Positions 19,144 to 29,036 of a stretch of DNA of 64,000 nt are shown here, piece by piece. Source of the DNA: an uncultured delta proteobacterium (GTDB lineage Bacteria; Desulfobacterota; Binatia; UBA9968); NCBI GenBank assembly GCA_963816145.1, contig CAWFJP010000031.1:416001-480000 (forward strand). The letters run 5' to 3'. The number at the start of each line of letters is the position of its first letter. The stretch's first letter is position 1. A program made the translations under genes and the position numbers. The notes beneath the pieces are model-generated. The model was given only the letters and a program-made list of their open reading frames with translations. It had not been told where the DNA came from and did not search any database.

Positions 19144-21047
19144 CAAATTGCGCCTCGACCCTCGTCCCTTGTCTTCAGCGTCACGGTGAACGTAGCGCCC
19201 CCGTCTGAATTGTTTTCCGCCGTGATGCTTCCGCCATGCACTCCGATAATCGTTTGCGAAATCGCGAGGCCCATGCCCATGCCGCTCGGCTTCGTGGTAA
19301 AGAACGGCTCAAACAGACGCTTGAGATTTTCTTTCGGGATGCCGTGACCGAGATCGCTTACGGCAACTTGCGCTCTCCCGTCATCCAAACAGGTGCGAAT
19401 GGAGACGCGGCGCTCCGCGCCCGCGCTGCCGTTCATCGCATCCATCGCGTTGAGGACGAGGTTCAGGAGCACCTGCTGAAGCTGGACGCGGTCACCGGCA
19501 ATCGCTAGCTGCGCAGGAGCCAAATCCATCACTAGCTTTACCTTGCGTCTTTCGGCATCGGACCGGACCAGGCGAACGACCTCTTCTGCAAGCTGGTTCA
19601 AATCAATCCGGCTCCATTGGGATTCCTGCCGTTTGAGCAGAGCTCGCATGCGATCGATCACCTCTCCGGCGCGCTGATCGTCTTTGCGAATGTCGCTGAG
19701 AATTTCGCGTATCTCCTTGAGATCGGGAGGATTCGCTTGTGCGAAAAGTTCGCCGGCTTCGGCATTGCGGAGGATCGCGCCGAGCGGTTGGTTCAACTCG
19801 TGCGCCAGCGCCGTCGCTAACTGTCCCATCATTGAGACACGACCCGCGTGCGCCAATTCCTGGCGCTGCCGGTCCACTTCTCTCTCGGCCCGACGGCGCC
19901 GCGTCCTTTGCAGCATTAAGCCAAATATCAGCATGGCTTGGATCGCAATAATCGTGAGCGTCCCCGCGATATACCAACGATACTGGTCCCACATGGACAG
20001 CGGGCGGTATTTGACCACGCTCCCCGTGGGTAGACGGGTTTCACTGATGCCCCAACGCTTCAAAGCGCGCCAATCCAACACCGGTGCCGAATCCGTGCGA
20101 ATTTCGAAAGGCAACGAAGCCGGCGGAGTGCCGGTTAGAATCTGGCCTGCTAGTTCCCCGGCACGCTTTCCAAGCGAGTCGATAGTCACGAGCGATCCAC
20201 CGACGGCGCCCGTTCCCAAAATCGAATCAGCCATGACATACACGGGCGCGTTAGACCACTGAGCAATCCACTTGCCCACCTGTGAGGAAACATAGGCATG
20301 ACCGGCGCCATCGCGAAACATCCGGGAAAACAAAATCGCTGTTTTCGCCGGCAGCGTGCTTACAGCTTGGTGCAATTCGGCCACCGCACGGTTGTCCCAG
20401 AAATCGAATTCAACCCGTCCGGCGAAAGAGCTCGCAGCCTCTTTCACGCGCTCGATGACACTACGATCGACTTCGGCGGTGCCGCCGATGACGACAATAC
20501 GCCGCGTCTCGGGTTGCAAGCGGAGAATCAATTCTATCGAGGCGCGTGGGTCTAATCGCTGCGCGATGCCGCTGATACGGCGGCCAAATTCATTGGGCCG
20601 GACTTCTTCTTCGGTAAGACCGGCAACAATGACCGGGGTTTCGGGGAACAGGTACTGCAGCAAGTTCCCTGCAGCCGCCAGATTCCCGACGTAAAGCAAC
20701 ATGACAAGGTCGGGGCGCTGGTCGGCATATTTTTCTTGGAGATACTCGCCAAAAAGTCTCTGAAAGCGCGCCGTCGGGAAACGAATGATATCGAGATCCT
20801 CGCCATAGGTTTCGAGTCGCACTGCCGAAATCTTCCCCAGCGCTTCGAGTACGCGCTCATGCGCGGCGGCGAACCCTGCCGAGAATCGACTGCCGGTGGA
20901 AATAATCAATACACGCTTGGCAGACCCGGTTTCAGCAGCCTGGGCCGAGCTGAGCGCGGCGAGAGAGACGATCAGGCACAGCTCGGCAAGCCGCTGTGCG
21001 AAGCGGAAAGTTGCCATGTCCTTCTTGTCCGCTTGGTGCCTAGTCAC
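19143..21047 (-). CDS. Sensor histidine kinase with ABC-SBP-like periplasmic domain
   Basis: AHELNQPL, QVLLNLVLNA, FFTTKPSGMGMGL. Confidence 0.92.
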   Translation of the reverse strand: MTRHQADKKDMATFRFAQRLAELCLIVSLAALSSAQAAETGSAKRVLIISTGSRFSAGFAAAHERVLEALGKISAVRLETYGEDLDIIRFPTARFQRLFGEYLQEKYADQRPDLVMLLYVGNLAAAGNLLQYLFPETPVIVAGLTEEEVRPNEFGRRISGIAQRLDPRASIELILRLQPETRRIVVIGGTAEVDRSVIERVKEAASSFAGRVEFDFWDNRAVAELHQAVSTLPAKTAILFSRMFRDGAGHAYVSSQVGKWIAQWSNAPVYVMADSILGTGAVGGSLVTIDSLGKRAGELAGQILTGTPPASLPFEIRTDSAPVLDWRALKRWGISETRLPTGSVVKYRPLSMWDQYRWYIAGTLTIIAIQAMLIFGLMLQRTRRRRAEREVDRQRQELAHAGRVSMMGQLATALAHELNQPLGAILRNAEAGELFAQANPPDLKEIREILSDIRKDDQRAGEVIDRMRALLKRQESQWSRIDLNQLAEEVVRLVRSDAERRKVKLVMDLAPAQLAIAGDRVQLQQVLLNLVLNAMDAMNGSAGAERRVSIRTCLDDGRAQVAVSDLGHGIPKENLKRLFEPFFTTKPSGMGMGLAISQTIIGVHGGSITAENNSDGGATFTVTLKTRDEGRGAI

Positions 21048-21107
21048 GGCGGCGAGGATAGCAAACCCCGATGTCGAGAAACAACCAGCCTATCCGAAAA
21101 ATGGCCT

Positions 21108-21201
21108 AAGTGTTTGGCTGTTCGGCGATGCACCCAATGGCCCAAGTTTGGCGATGAATCATTGAATCTTATAACCCAGTTCCTTCGCGACTTCGCGTGC
21201 C
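21108..21201. repeat. Direct repeat copy 2 (94 bp)
   Basis: Matches 13024..13117; includes SBP C-terminus and ~50 bp downstream. Confidence 0.95.
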
Positions 21202-22151
21202 AAACGGTCGTCGGCCAACTCGGCGAAGGCGGGTTTCTTGTCGACGAAGCGGCCTTGGGCCTGGATCGACTTCACTAAATTTTCCATGCCGGCGCGGGAG
21301 GGCACGCCGTCGGGGCTTAGGGTCTTGAGAAAAACCTCGTAAGTTGCCGCAGCGGATTCGGCGTCCATCTTCAAGATCCGCGTCATCAACTCGACGCTTC
21401 TGTCTTTGGATTTCTTCATCGCGTCTTTCGCGGATTGCATGGCGCGGATCACGCGCTTGACTTCGTCGGGCTTGGCTTTGATGTCTTTGGCTAGGACCGT
21501 GAGTCCGCCGCCGGGCATTTCGACCAGCGGACCAATGTCGAGAATAGTCGGAAAGCCCTTCTTCTGCGCCATGAACAGCGAGGGCGGATTGAGCGAGGCG
21601 GCGTCGAGAAAGCCGCTTTCCAGCGAGCGCACCATTTCCTGGGGCGGAAGGGCTAAAATATTAAAATCCTTTGGCGACATGCCGAGTTTCTCCAGGGCGA
21701 TGACCAACGACACATGATTGGTTGCGCCCAAACTACCGGTGACGCCTATTTTTTTGCCTTTCAGTTCTTGGAGAGTCTTGAACTTCGGACTGGCTACTAG
21801 CGAGTATGACACCCGGTCGGAGGAAACCCAGACGGCACGAAACGGCAAGCCTCCGAGACTCGCGCTGACCACGCCAGGACCGACGCCGGCAAAGTAATCG
21901 ATGTCGCCGGAGATCATCGCCGGCACCGTGAGCGCCGGCGACATCAAGATAATTTCCACGTTCAGGCCGCGTTCCTGAAACAGCTTCCAATCGCGCGCCG
22001 CCAGCAAGGGCAGGGAGGTGACGCTCAATGCCGAATTGGAGATTCTTATTTTAGTTCTGGATTCCTGGGCTTGGAGCGGTTCGAGGGCAAATTCGAGAGT
22101 GACGCAGAGAAACAACAGAACGAAGATTCTTACAATTGCTTTAAGCATCAT
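21159..22151 (-). CDS. ABC substrate-binding protein, NMT1/SsuA family
   Basis: Signal peptide, LKGKKIG; paralog of 23856 and 24961 genes. Confidence 0.87.
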   Translation of the reverse strand: MMLKAIVRIFVLLFLCVTLEFALEPLQAQESRTKIRISNSALSVTSLPLLAARDWKLFQERGLNVEIILMSPALTVPAMISGDIDYFAGVGPGVVSASLGGLPFRAVWVSSDRVSYSLVASPKFKTLQELKGKKIGVTGSLGATNHVSLVIALEKLGMSPKDFNILALPPQEMVRSLESGFLDAASLNPPSLFMAQKKGFPTILDIGPLVEMPGGGLTVLAKDIKAKPDEVKRVIRAMQSAKDAMKKSKDRSVELMTRILKMDAESAAATYEVFLKTLSPDGVPSRAGMENLVKSIQAQGRFVDKKPAFAELADDRLAREVAKELGYKIQ

Positions 22152-22196
22152 TTGTTTGTTTTTCCGCTTCTTCCGACTTTCGTGTGAAGAATTTTT

Positions 22197-22272
22197 CACC
22201 ACAGAGGTCGCAGAGTTCGGAGTAATGCTTATCAAAACCTCTCGGCTCTGCGTCCTCAGCGTCTTTGCGGTG
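22197..22272. repeat. Palindrome with 9-bp tandem arms (variant)
   Basis: caccacagaggtcgcagag ... ctctgcgtcctcagcgtctttgcggtg. Confidence 0.7.
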
Positions 22273-22319
22273 CAATCCTGATCCATGATTCACAGGGAAA
22301 CCTGAATTGCCGTATTTCT

Positions 22320-23711
22320 TTATCGGTTACCGGCGTTTTCGCCAGCCAATATTCCCGTGACGATCGCTTGCATGAGGCCGCCGGTATAGCCGCCGCGGAA
22401 GCCCCCCATCAAGCCGCCGATGGCATCGCCGGCGGCGTAGAGGCCGGGTATGGGCTTTTCGTTTTGATCGAGCACCTGACCTTTGCCGTCGATCAGGATT
22501 CCGCCCATGGTGAAGGTGATGCCGGGGACCACGCGCAGGCCGTAATAGGGCGCGCGCAAAACTTTCGGTTTACCGGTGCGCGTTACCGCCAATGACTTTG
22601 CATCGTTCGAGCTCACGGCGCGATTGTATGCCTCGATGGTTTGGCTAAGGTTGGCCGCATCGACGCCGAGTTTCTTTGCTAAGCCTTCCACACTGTCATC
22701 GCAGAACAGTTCGGCGCCGTTGTCGAGCATCCACGGATTCGGAGCGGGAATAGCCAGCGATGTCGAGGACGGCGAACTTTTCGACGCGTCCCAGGATTCA
22801 CCGTCGAAGATCAAAGTCGCGGCGGTGGGATCGTTGGTGCGGGACAACTCGTTGGCGACGGCGACATCGCCGCGGCCTTCGTCGACGAAGCGCCGCCCGT
22901 TCTGATCGACCAGCACGCCTTCATCGACGAATGAGTCCAAGCGCGGATAGGGCCAAAAGCGATCGTCGGTGAGTGCATTGCGCGCGATCAGGTGGCCGTA
23001 GAAGTATTTCAAATTTACCGCTTGGGCGCCGACCGCCATCGCCATGCGCAGGCCGTCGCCGGTGTCCTGCCTGGAGCCGCGCAGTTTGCAGCGATCGGCG
23101 TAGGCACCGATGTATTTCTTGACGAGCTCCTGGTTGGCGGCGAAACCGCCGGTGGTGAGAATCGTCGCGCGGGCGCGCAGATCGATCGATTCGCTGTCGC
23201 GTTTGCCGATCAGACCGACGACTCGGTTATTTTCAACGATCAGACGGACGCCTTCGATGCTGTTGAGAAAACCGCCGCCAAGACTCACGAATCTCTGTTT
23301 GAGACTCGCGATAGCGCGCGGGCCGACGTCCTTTTTGTAGACCGGGCCGTAGGAGATTTCGCTCTTTTGCTTGAGCCAAATCCTTCCCGGTGCGCTCTCT
23401 TCGATCTCGACGCCGACGGTCTGCAACCAATCGATGGCGCGGCCGCAGGTCCGCGACCAGGAATTTACCAGGTCGGGAAAGCCGATGCCTTCGGCCATGA
23501 CGAAGTCGTAGAGTTCCTTGGCATCGGTCTTGGGGCTCTTGCCGCCGGCGCGCAGGCTGCCCGACGCCATCAAAACGTTGCCGTCGCCGAGTTCGCCCGT
23601 GCTCTTGTCGATGAGCACTACTTTCGCGCCTTGCTCCGACGCGCGCACGGCGGCGGTGAAGCCTGCCAAGCCCGCGCCAACGATGAGTACATCAGTGTCA
23701 ATTCTATCCAT
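22320..23711 (-). CDS. FAD-binding oxidoreductase (fumarate reductase flavoprotein/TcuA-like)
   Basis: GAGLAG, TGGF, GDG, ITFTMGG, PGLYAAGD. Confidence 0.85.
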   Translation of the reverse strand: MDRIDTDVLIVGAGLAGFTAAVRASEQGAKVVLIDKSTGELGDGNVLMASGSLRAGGKSPKTDAKELYDFVMAEGIGFPDLVNSWSRTCGRAIDWLQTVGVEIEESAPGRIWLKQKSEISYGPVYKKDVGPRAIASLKQRFVSLGGGFLNSIEGVRLIVENNRVVGLIGKRDSESIDLRARATILTTGGFAANQELVKKYIGAYADRCKLRGSRQDTGDGLRMAMAVGAQAVNLKYFYGHLIARNALTDDRFWPYPRLDSFVDEGVLVDQNGRRFVDEGRGDVAVANELSRTNDPTAATLIFDGESWDASKSSPSSTSLAIPAPNPWMLDNGAELFCDDSVEGLAKKLGVDAANLSQTIEAYNRAVSSNDAKSLAVTRTGKPKVLRAPYYGLRVVPGITFTMGGILIDGKGQVLDQNEKPIPGLYAAGDAIGGLMGGFRGGYTGGLMQAIVTGILAGENAGNR

Positions 23712-23741
23712 GGTTATCTCATAACTGCGGATACTTTTTTA

Positions 23742-23819
23742 CACCACGAAGGCACGAAGGGCACGAAGTTCGGAACTTATTTTATCCGGAACCTTCGTGT
23801 CCTTCGTGCCTTCGTGGTG
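23742..23819. repeat. Palindrome with 9-bp tandem arms
   Basis: caccacgaaggcacgaagggcacgaag ... cttcgtgtccttcgtgccttcgtggtg. Confidence 0.88.
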
Positions 23820-23855
23820 AGATTCCTTGATTCATTTCACGATAGCATTTCACAT

Positions 23856-24869
23856 CTACGGCAATTTGTAGCCCAATTCTTTTGCGACTTCCGTTGCCGG
23901 ACGGTCGTCGGCGACTTCGGCGAAACTTACTTTGCGGTCGGTGAAGCGGCCCTGCGCTTGGAGCGAGCGCACCAGGTTGTCGATGCCGGCGCGATTGGGA
24001 ATCCCGGTCGGATTCAACGTCGTCTGGAAAGCGTCGTAGGTGTCGGCGGCGCCCTGACTGTCCATTTTCAAAAGCCGCATAATTAACTCGACGGTCTTGG
24101 GTTTGGACTTGCGCACTTCGTCTTTGGCGACCTGCAGCGCGCGAATGACACGCCGGACTTCTGCGGGCCGCTCTTGCACGGTTTTTACCATCGCCGTCAG
24201 ACCTCCGCCGGGCATCTCGACCATGGCGCCGACATCCATGAGTTTGTTAAAGCCCTTTTTGGCCGCGGCGAAAATATGCGGCGGCGACATCAGCGCGGCT
24301 TCGACGAAGCCGGATTCGAGAGAATAGAGAATCTGCAATTGCTGGCCGGGGATGGCGACCATCGTATAATCTCTCGGGTTGGCGCCCGACTTCTCCAGCG
24401 CGATCATCAAGGCGACATGGTTGGTGCCGCCGACGCCGCCGGAGAGGGCGATCTTTTTGCCTTTGAGATCTTGCAGCGTCTTGTACTGCGGCGCGGCCTG
24501 AATCCAGTAGGAGATCCGATCCGACGAAAACCAGATCGCTCGCGACTGCAACCCCGTGAGGGTGGCGGCCACCGATGCCGGGCCGACGCCGGCAACGTAA
24601 TCGATATCGCCCTGAGCCATCGCCGCGGCGCCGATGGGCGGGCTCATGACGATGATTTCGACATCGAGACCATTGGCACTGAAAGTTCCCCAGTCGCGGG
24701 CGGCTAGGAGCGGCAGGGCGGTGATCGTCAGGCCGGCGTTGGAGATTCTTACCTTGGCGCGCTTTTCCTGACTCGATGCGATGGACGCACCGAGAAAGAT
24801 TAGTAATAGTGCGGCGCAAATTGGCCAAACCGATCGGCGGGGCGTTGTGGATTTATAAAATTGACTCAT
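23856..24869 (-). CDS. ABC substrate-binding protein, NMT1/SsuA family
   Basis: Signal peptide, VEMPGGGLT shared with paralogs. Confidence 0.87.
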   Translation of the reverse strand: MSQFYKSTTPRRSVWPICAALLLIFLGASIASSQEKRAKVRISNAGLTITALPLLAARDWGTFSANGLDVEIIVMSPPIGAAAMAQGDIDYVAGVGPASVAATLTGLQSRAIWFSSDRISYWIQAAPQYKTLQDLKGKKIALSGGVGGTNHVALMIALEKSGANPRDYTMVAIPGQQLQILYSLESGFVEAALMSPPHIFAAAKKGFNKLMDVGAMVEMPGGGLTAMVKTVQERPAEVRRVIRALQVAKDEVRKSKPKTVELIMRLLKMDSQGAADTYDAFQTTLNPTGIPNRAGIDNLVRSLQAQGRFTDRKVSFAEVADDRPATEVAKELGYKLP

Positions 24870-24902
24870 TGAATGTCCTTCGCGCTCCGCCCTCGATGTT
24901 TG

Positions 24903-24940
24903 CCCTCACCCTAGCCCTCTCCCACTTCCTGGGCGAGGGA
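24903..24940. repeat. REP-like CCCTCACCCTAGCCCTCTCC hairpin
   Basis: Related to 44153, 34316 and 49854 elements. Confidence 0.7.
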
Positions 24941-24960
24941 AAAGATTTCGGGCGTTTGAA

Positions 24961-25953
24961 TCATGGGATTTTGTAGCCCATCTCTTTGGCTACTTCGATC
25001 GCGAGGCGGTCGTCGGCGATGTCTGTGAACGCCACTTTCTTGTCGAGGTGTCGTCCTTGGGATTGCACCGACTTCACCAAGATATCCATGCCGATGCGCG
25101 TGGGTATGCCAGTGGGGCTCAACGTCGTGAGAAACTGATCGTAAGTGTCGCTGGCAGCTTCCCGATCCATGCGCAACAGCTTGACGATCAAGTCCAAGCT
25201 TTTCTGTTTGGATTTGCGAATCTCGTCCTTGGCCGTCTGCAGCGAGCGAATCACCCGTTTGGTGTCTGTCGGCCGCTCTTGAATGGTCTTGGCCAAAGTG
25301 GTGAGACCGCCGCCGGGCATTTCCACCAGGGCGCCGACGTCAAGGACTTTACTAAAACCTTTTTTCTGCGCGCCCAAAGTCACCGGCGGCGACAACACCG
25401 CGGCATCGACATAGCCGGACTCCAGGGAAATCAGTTGTTGAATCTGTTGGCCGGCGATGGAGACCAATACATAGTCCTTGGGATTGGCGCCGACTTTTTC
25501 CAACGCCATGTTAAAGGCGACATGCACTGTGCCGCCAAGACCCGTAACCGCAACCTTTTTCCCCTTGAGACTTTCGACGGTTTTGAACTGCGGCTTGGCC
25601 ATCAGCCAGTAGGAGATGCGCTCGGTGGAAAACCAGATGGCGCGGGTGGCGAAGCCGCTCATGGTCGCGTTGACCGACGCCGGGCCGACACCGGCTTGAT
25701 AGTCGATGTCGCCCTGGGTGAGCGCGGCCGGCACCAATGCCGACTGCATCAATATGACTTCCATATCCAGGTTGTTGGCGTTGAAGATGCCCCACTCCTT
25801 CGCGGCCAACAGCGGCAGTGCCGTGATCGTAAAGCCGGCGTTGGTGATGCGCAATTTACGCCGCTCCTGGCTCGCTCCATTACTCGCTAGGAGTACCGTT
25901 ACGCAGAGACTTATGGTCAGCTGTAAAATTGGCTTTCGCATGGTGATTTTCAT
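24961..25953 (-). CDS. ABC substrate-binding protein, NMT1/SsuA family
   Basis: Signal peptide, VEMPGGGLT. Confidence 0.87.
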   Translation of the reverse strand: MKITMRKPILQLTISLCVTVLLASNGASQERRKLRITNAGFTITALPLLAAKEWGIFNANNLDMEVILMQSALVPAALTQGDIDYQAGVGPASVNATMSGFATRAIWFSTERISYWLMAKPQFKTVESLKGKKVAVTGLGGTVHVAFNMALEKVGANPKDYVLVSIAGQQIQQLISLESGYVDAAVLSPPVTLGAQKKGFSKVLDVGALVEMPGGGLTTLAKTIQERPTDTKRVIRSLQTAKDEIRKSKQKSLDLIVKLLRMDREAASDTYDQFLTTLSPTGIPTRIGMDILVKSVQSQGRHLDKKVAFTDIADDRLAIEVAKEMGYKIP

Positions 25954-25978
25954 ATGGCGAGATGCGCTGAATTGCAAA

Positions 25979-27729
25979 TCACAGGGCGCGCGGGCCGATG
26001 CCGGAACGGTGAGCGACGTACCAATACAAGGCGATGATCGGCACGAGGATGCAGAGCATGACCGTCGTCAAGGCCGCGGCCTGGCCAAAGCCGCCGCTCA
26101 GCCAAATACTCCAAACGACAACCGGCAGCGTGGTGTTCTCGGCGCGCGACAGTAAGACGGCGAGGGTCAATTCGCGGTAGGTCAGCAGCGCGATCCACAA
26201 CCAGCCGTAAAGAATCGGCGGCGTCAGGATCGGCACCAAGATGCGCCAGACCACGCTCCAAGTGCTGCCGCCGGCGACATAGGCGGCTTCTTCGAGCTCG
26301 CGATGGATTTGAATCAGCGAGCTGTTCATCATGCGCGTGCCGTAGCTGATGCGCACGATGATGTAGAGCAGGAGCAAAAGCCAAATGGTGCCGTAGAGCG
26401 GAATGAAGCCGCGCAGGACGAACAGCGCAAGCAAGACCGCGCCGATGGCGAAAATGATATTGGGCACGGCGTGGGGCAGAAAGGCGAAGAAGTCGAAGAG
26501 GAAACGGCCGCGGATCCGCGAGCGCAACACCACCCAGGCAAAGACCAGACTGACGATCATGGTGATCGTCGGCGTCAAAAACATCAGGATCGAGGTGTTG
26601 CTGGCACCGCGCAGAGACCAGTTCCCAGGGCAGACCGACGTAATTTTGCAGCGACGTGCGGGCGAAGGCTTCCACCGATGGCATCTCGAAGTATTTGAGC
26701 AACGACGCCCAGAGCAGCATCGACAGCGGGATGAGCTTGCTCAAAACCAGATAGAGACCGACGAAGAGCCAGGCGAGCACAGCTCGGCTGCCGAGTTTGA
26801 CGAATTTAGGCTGATAACCCTTACCGGTGATGACTTCATATTGATGGCTGCGCCGCTGCACGCGCGAGTACCACCAGCCGAAAAACGCCGCCAGGATGAT
26901 GCCGATGATGCTGAAGGTCGCACTGGCGCCGTATTTCGGCAGCCCTTCCTGCGGGCTCACCATCAGGTACATATAGGTGCTGAAGGTGAAAATCCGATTG
27001 GACCAGCCGATGATCGCCGGCACGTCGAAGGCGGACAGCCCGACGGTAAATATATAGATCGCCGCCGCCAACACGCCCGGGCCAGATGAGCGGAATGGTC
27101 ACGGTTAAAATCATGCGCGCGGTGCCGGCGCCGCTGGCTTCGGCGGCTTCTTCGAGCTTCGGATCCATGGCGCGAAACGCGCCGGCGGTCATGATGAATG
27201 CCACCGGTGTGAGATTCAGTCCTTGCACCCAACCCATGCCGGTAATCGTGGTGATGCTGAGCGGCGCATCGATCAATCCGAAAGTGTCTTGTAAAAATTG
27301 ATTGACCACGCCGATCCGTGGATGAAGCAGAAACAGCCAACCCATCGCCACCGCGAACCCGGGGATGAGCAGCCCGATGGTCATGAAGGTCAGCAGGACT
27401 GTCTTGCCGGGGAAGTCGGTGCGCTCCACCAGCCACGCCGTCGGTAGGCCGAAGAAAAAGGAAATCACGAGGGCGACGAACGAAAAGCCGGCGGTGTTCC
27501 ACAGGACTTTATAGGTAAAAAGTTCGCCGAAGACGGTCGTGTAATTCTTCAGCGAGAAACGATTGACGGTGTCGAGCAGCGAGCCTTCGAAGAAACTTAG
27601 ATAAAAAACCACTGCCAACGGCGCGAGGATCAGCAGGCTGAAGAAGGTCGCGATGGCGACCATTACGATGGCCCAGGGGTCGGTCGCGCCGCGGTCGCTA
27701 CGCAAAAATGGGCAAGTGCGATTGAACAC
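25979..27729 (-). CDS. Fe3+/thiamine-type ABC permease (FbpB-like), frameshifts near 27080 and 26615
   Basis: Two EEAA loops (LEEAAEASGA, LEEAAYVAGG) across three frames; start uncertain. Confidence 0.8.
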
Positions 27730-27747
27730 GATCTGTTTCTTACAGGG

Positions 27748-27774
27748 GTAGGGGCGATTCATGAATCGCCCCTA
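27748..27774. repeat. GTAG-type REP palindrome
   Basis: gtaggggcgattcatgaatcgccccta. Confidence 0.8.
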
Positions 27775-27798
27775 TGATGAATGCGGAAATAAAATGAC

Positions 27799-27825
27799 GA
27801 GATCCCTCGCGGTGCTCGGGATGAC
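27799..27825. repeat. REP-like GAGATCCCTCG..CGGGATGAC element
   Basis: Near-identical to 28987..29013. Confidence 0.75.
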
Positions 27826-27839
27826 CACGCTTTGCGTGG

Positions 27840-28919
27840 TCACTTTTGACTGACGATCTTGACCATTTCCTCGGAGATTTTTTCGATCTCGGGATTGTTG
27901 GCGACCCATTCCAATGTTGGCACGAAGAATTTCACACCGCGTTTTTCCAGGGCTCTGACTTTTTCACCGAGATGCGACTCGGGGAAGTGATACAAGTCCG
28001 AGAAATCGCTTTCCCAGAGCAGCTTCTGCGCTTCCTTGGTCATCATGAACGTGGTGAACAATTTGGCGGCGTTGGGATGCTCGGCGTTCTTGGGGATGCT
28101 CAAATAGAAATGACGCACCATGGCGGCGTCGCTGGGAATCACATGCTCGAGGGGCGCGCCCTGGGCTTGCAGTTCGAAGGTCCGGGCGCCGTTGCAGTCC
28201 ATGACTAGCGAGAGAAACTCGCCGGTGACGACTCGTTCCATCTCGTTGCAACGGATCAGGCCGGCGATCTGTTTGGAAAACTGCTTGACGTAGTCGAGTG
28301 CCGCTTCACGGCCCCAAAGCTCCTTGGCCGCCAGCAAGTTCAAGCCGGTGACGTAAGGCGTCGACGCGATCTTGCCTTTCCAGAAGGGTTTCAAGAAATC
28401 TTTTAAAGTCTTGGGTATTTCGTTCTTCGGCACGCGAGTTTTATTGTACGGCGTGCCCGGCAAGCCGGAGTAGACCCGCAGACTCTGACTATCGCCTTCG
28501 ACCATCTGCGCGGTGATGCGGCCAGGCAGCAGCTTGGTCCACTCGACCTCTTGGAAAATTTTGCGCTTGACCAGCGGGACGAGATAACTTTCCGAGCCGA
28601 TGTAGATATCGGTAACGGCGGTCTGCCCGGCAGCAAGCTCGGTGGCGATTTGGCTGCCCATCGCCGGCATCGACGGTCCCGGTGTAAAACCAATTTTTAC
28701 ATTGGTGCCGAACATCTTGTTCAGCGCCTGCTCGTAGAGCGCCATGCGCTTGGTACCGCCCAAAGTGCCTTCGCCCCAGCTGAACTTGAGTTTACCCTCT
28801 TTGTTGGCTTCTTGAATGACAGACTGGAGTGGCGGCGACCAAGGCGACTGGGCCGCGTGACCGGATGAATGCCATAGGACCGATAGGACGAATAGGACGG
28901 ATAGAGCAATTCTTTTCAT
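27840..28919 (-). CDS. Extracellular solute-binding protein (Fe3+/thiamine-type)
   Basis: KEGKL, WKGKI, PKNAEHPNAAKLF. Confidence 0.85.
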   Translation of the reverse strand: MKRIALSVLFVLSVLWHSSGHAAQSPWSPPLQSVIQEANKEGKLKFSWGEGTLGGTKRMALYEQALNKMFGTNVKIGFTPGPSMPAMGSQIATELAAGQTAVTDIYIGSESYLVPLVKRKIFQEVEWTKLLPGRITAQMVEGDSQSLRVYSGLPGTPYNKTRVPKNEIPKTLKDFLKPFWKGKIASTPYVTGLNLLAAKELWGREAALDYVKQFSKQIAGLIRCNEMERVVTGEFLSLVMDCNGARTFELQAQGAPLEHVIPSDAAMVRHFYLSIPKNAEHPNAAKLFTTFMMTKEAQKLLWESDFSDLYHFPESHLGEKVRALEKRGVKFFVPTLEWVANNPEIEKISEEMVKIVSQK

Positions 28920-28934
28920 ACTAGCTCCTGGACT

Positions 28935-29013
28935 GTTATTTCGAGCCAAAGGCGAGAAATCTTTGCGTGCCAGTTAGTTGTCAGGCGAGATCCCTCGTTT
29001 CGCTCGGGATGAC
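28935..29013. repeat. Paired REP-like element
   Basis: tgttatttcgagccaaaggcgagaaatct ... gagatccctcgtttcgctcgggatgac; another left arm near 30234. Confidence 0.7.
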
Positions 29014-29036
29014 CGCGTGCCTGCGCACGCACGCGG

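Noticed and set aside
13024-21201. 94-bp repeat pair as a DGR template/variable repeat or prophage att sites
   Set aside because: Mismatches are synonymous and not adenine-specific; no phage genes or integrase.
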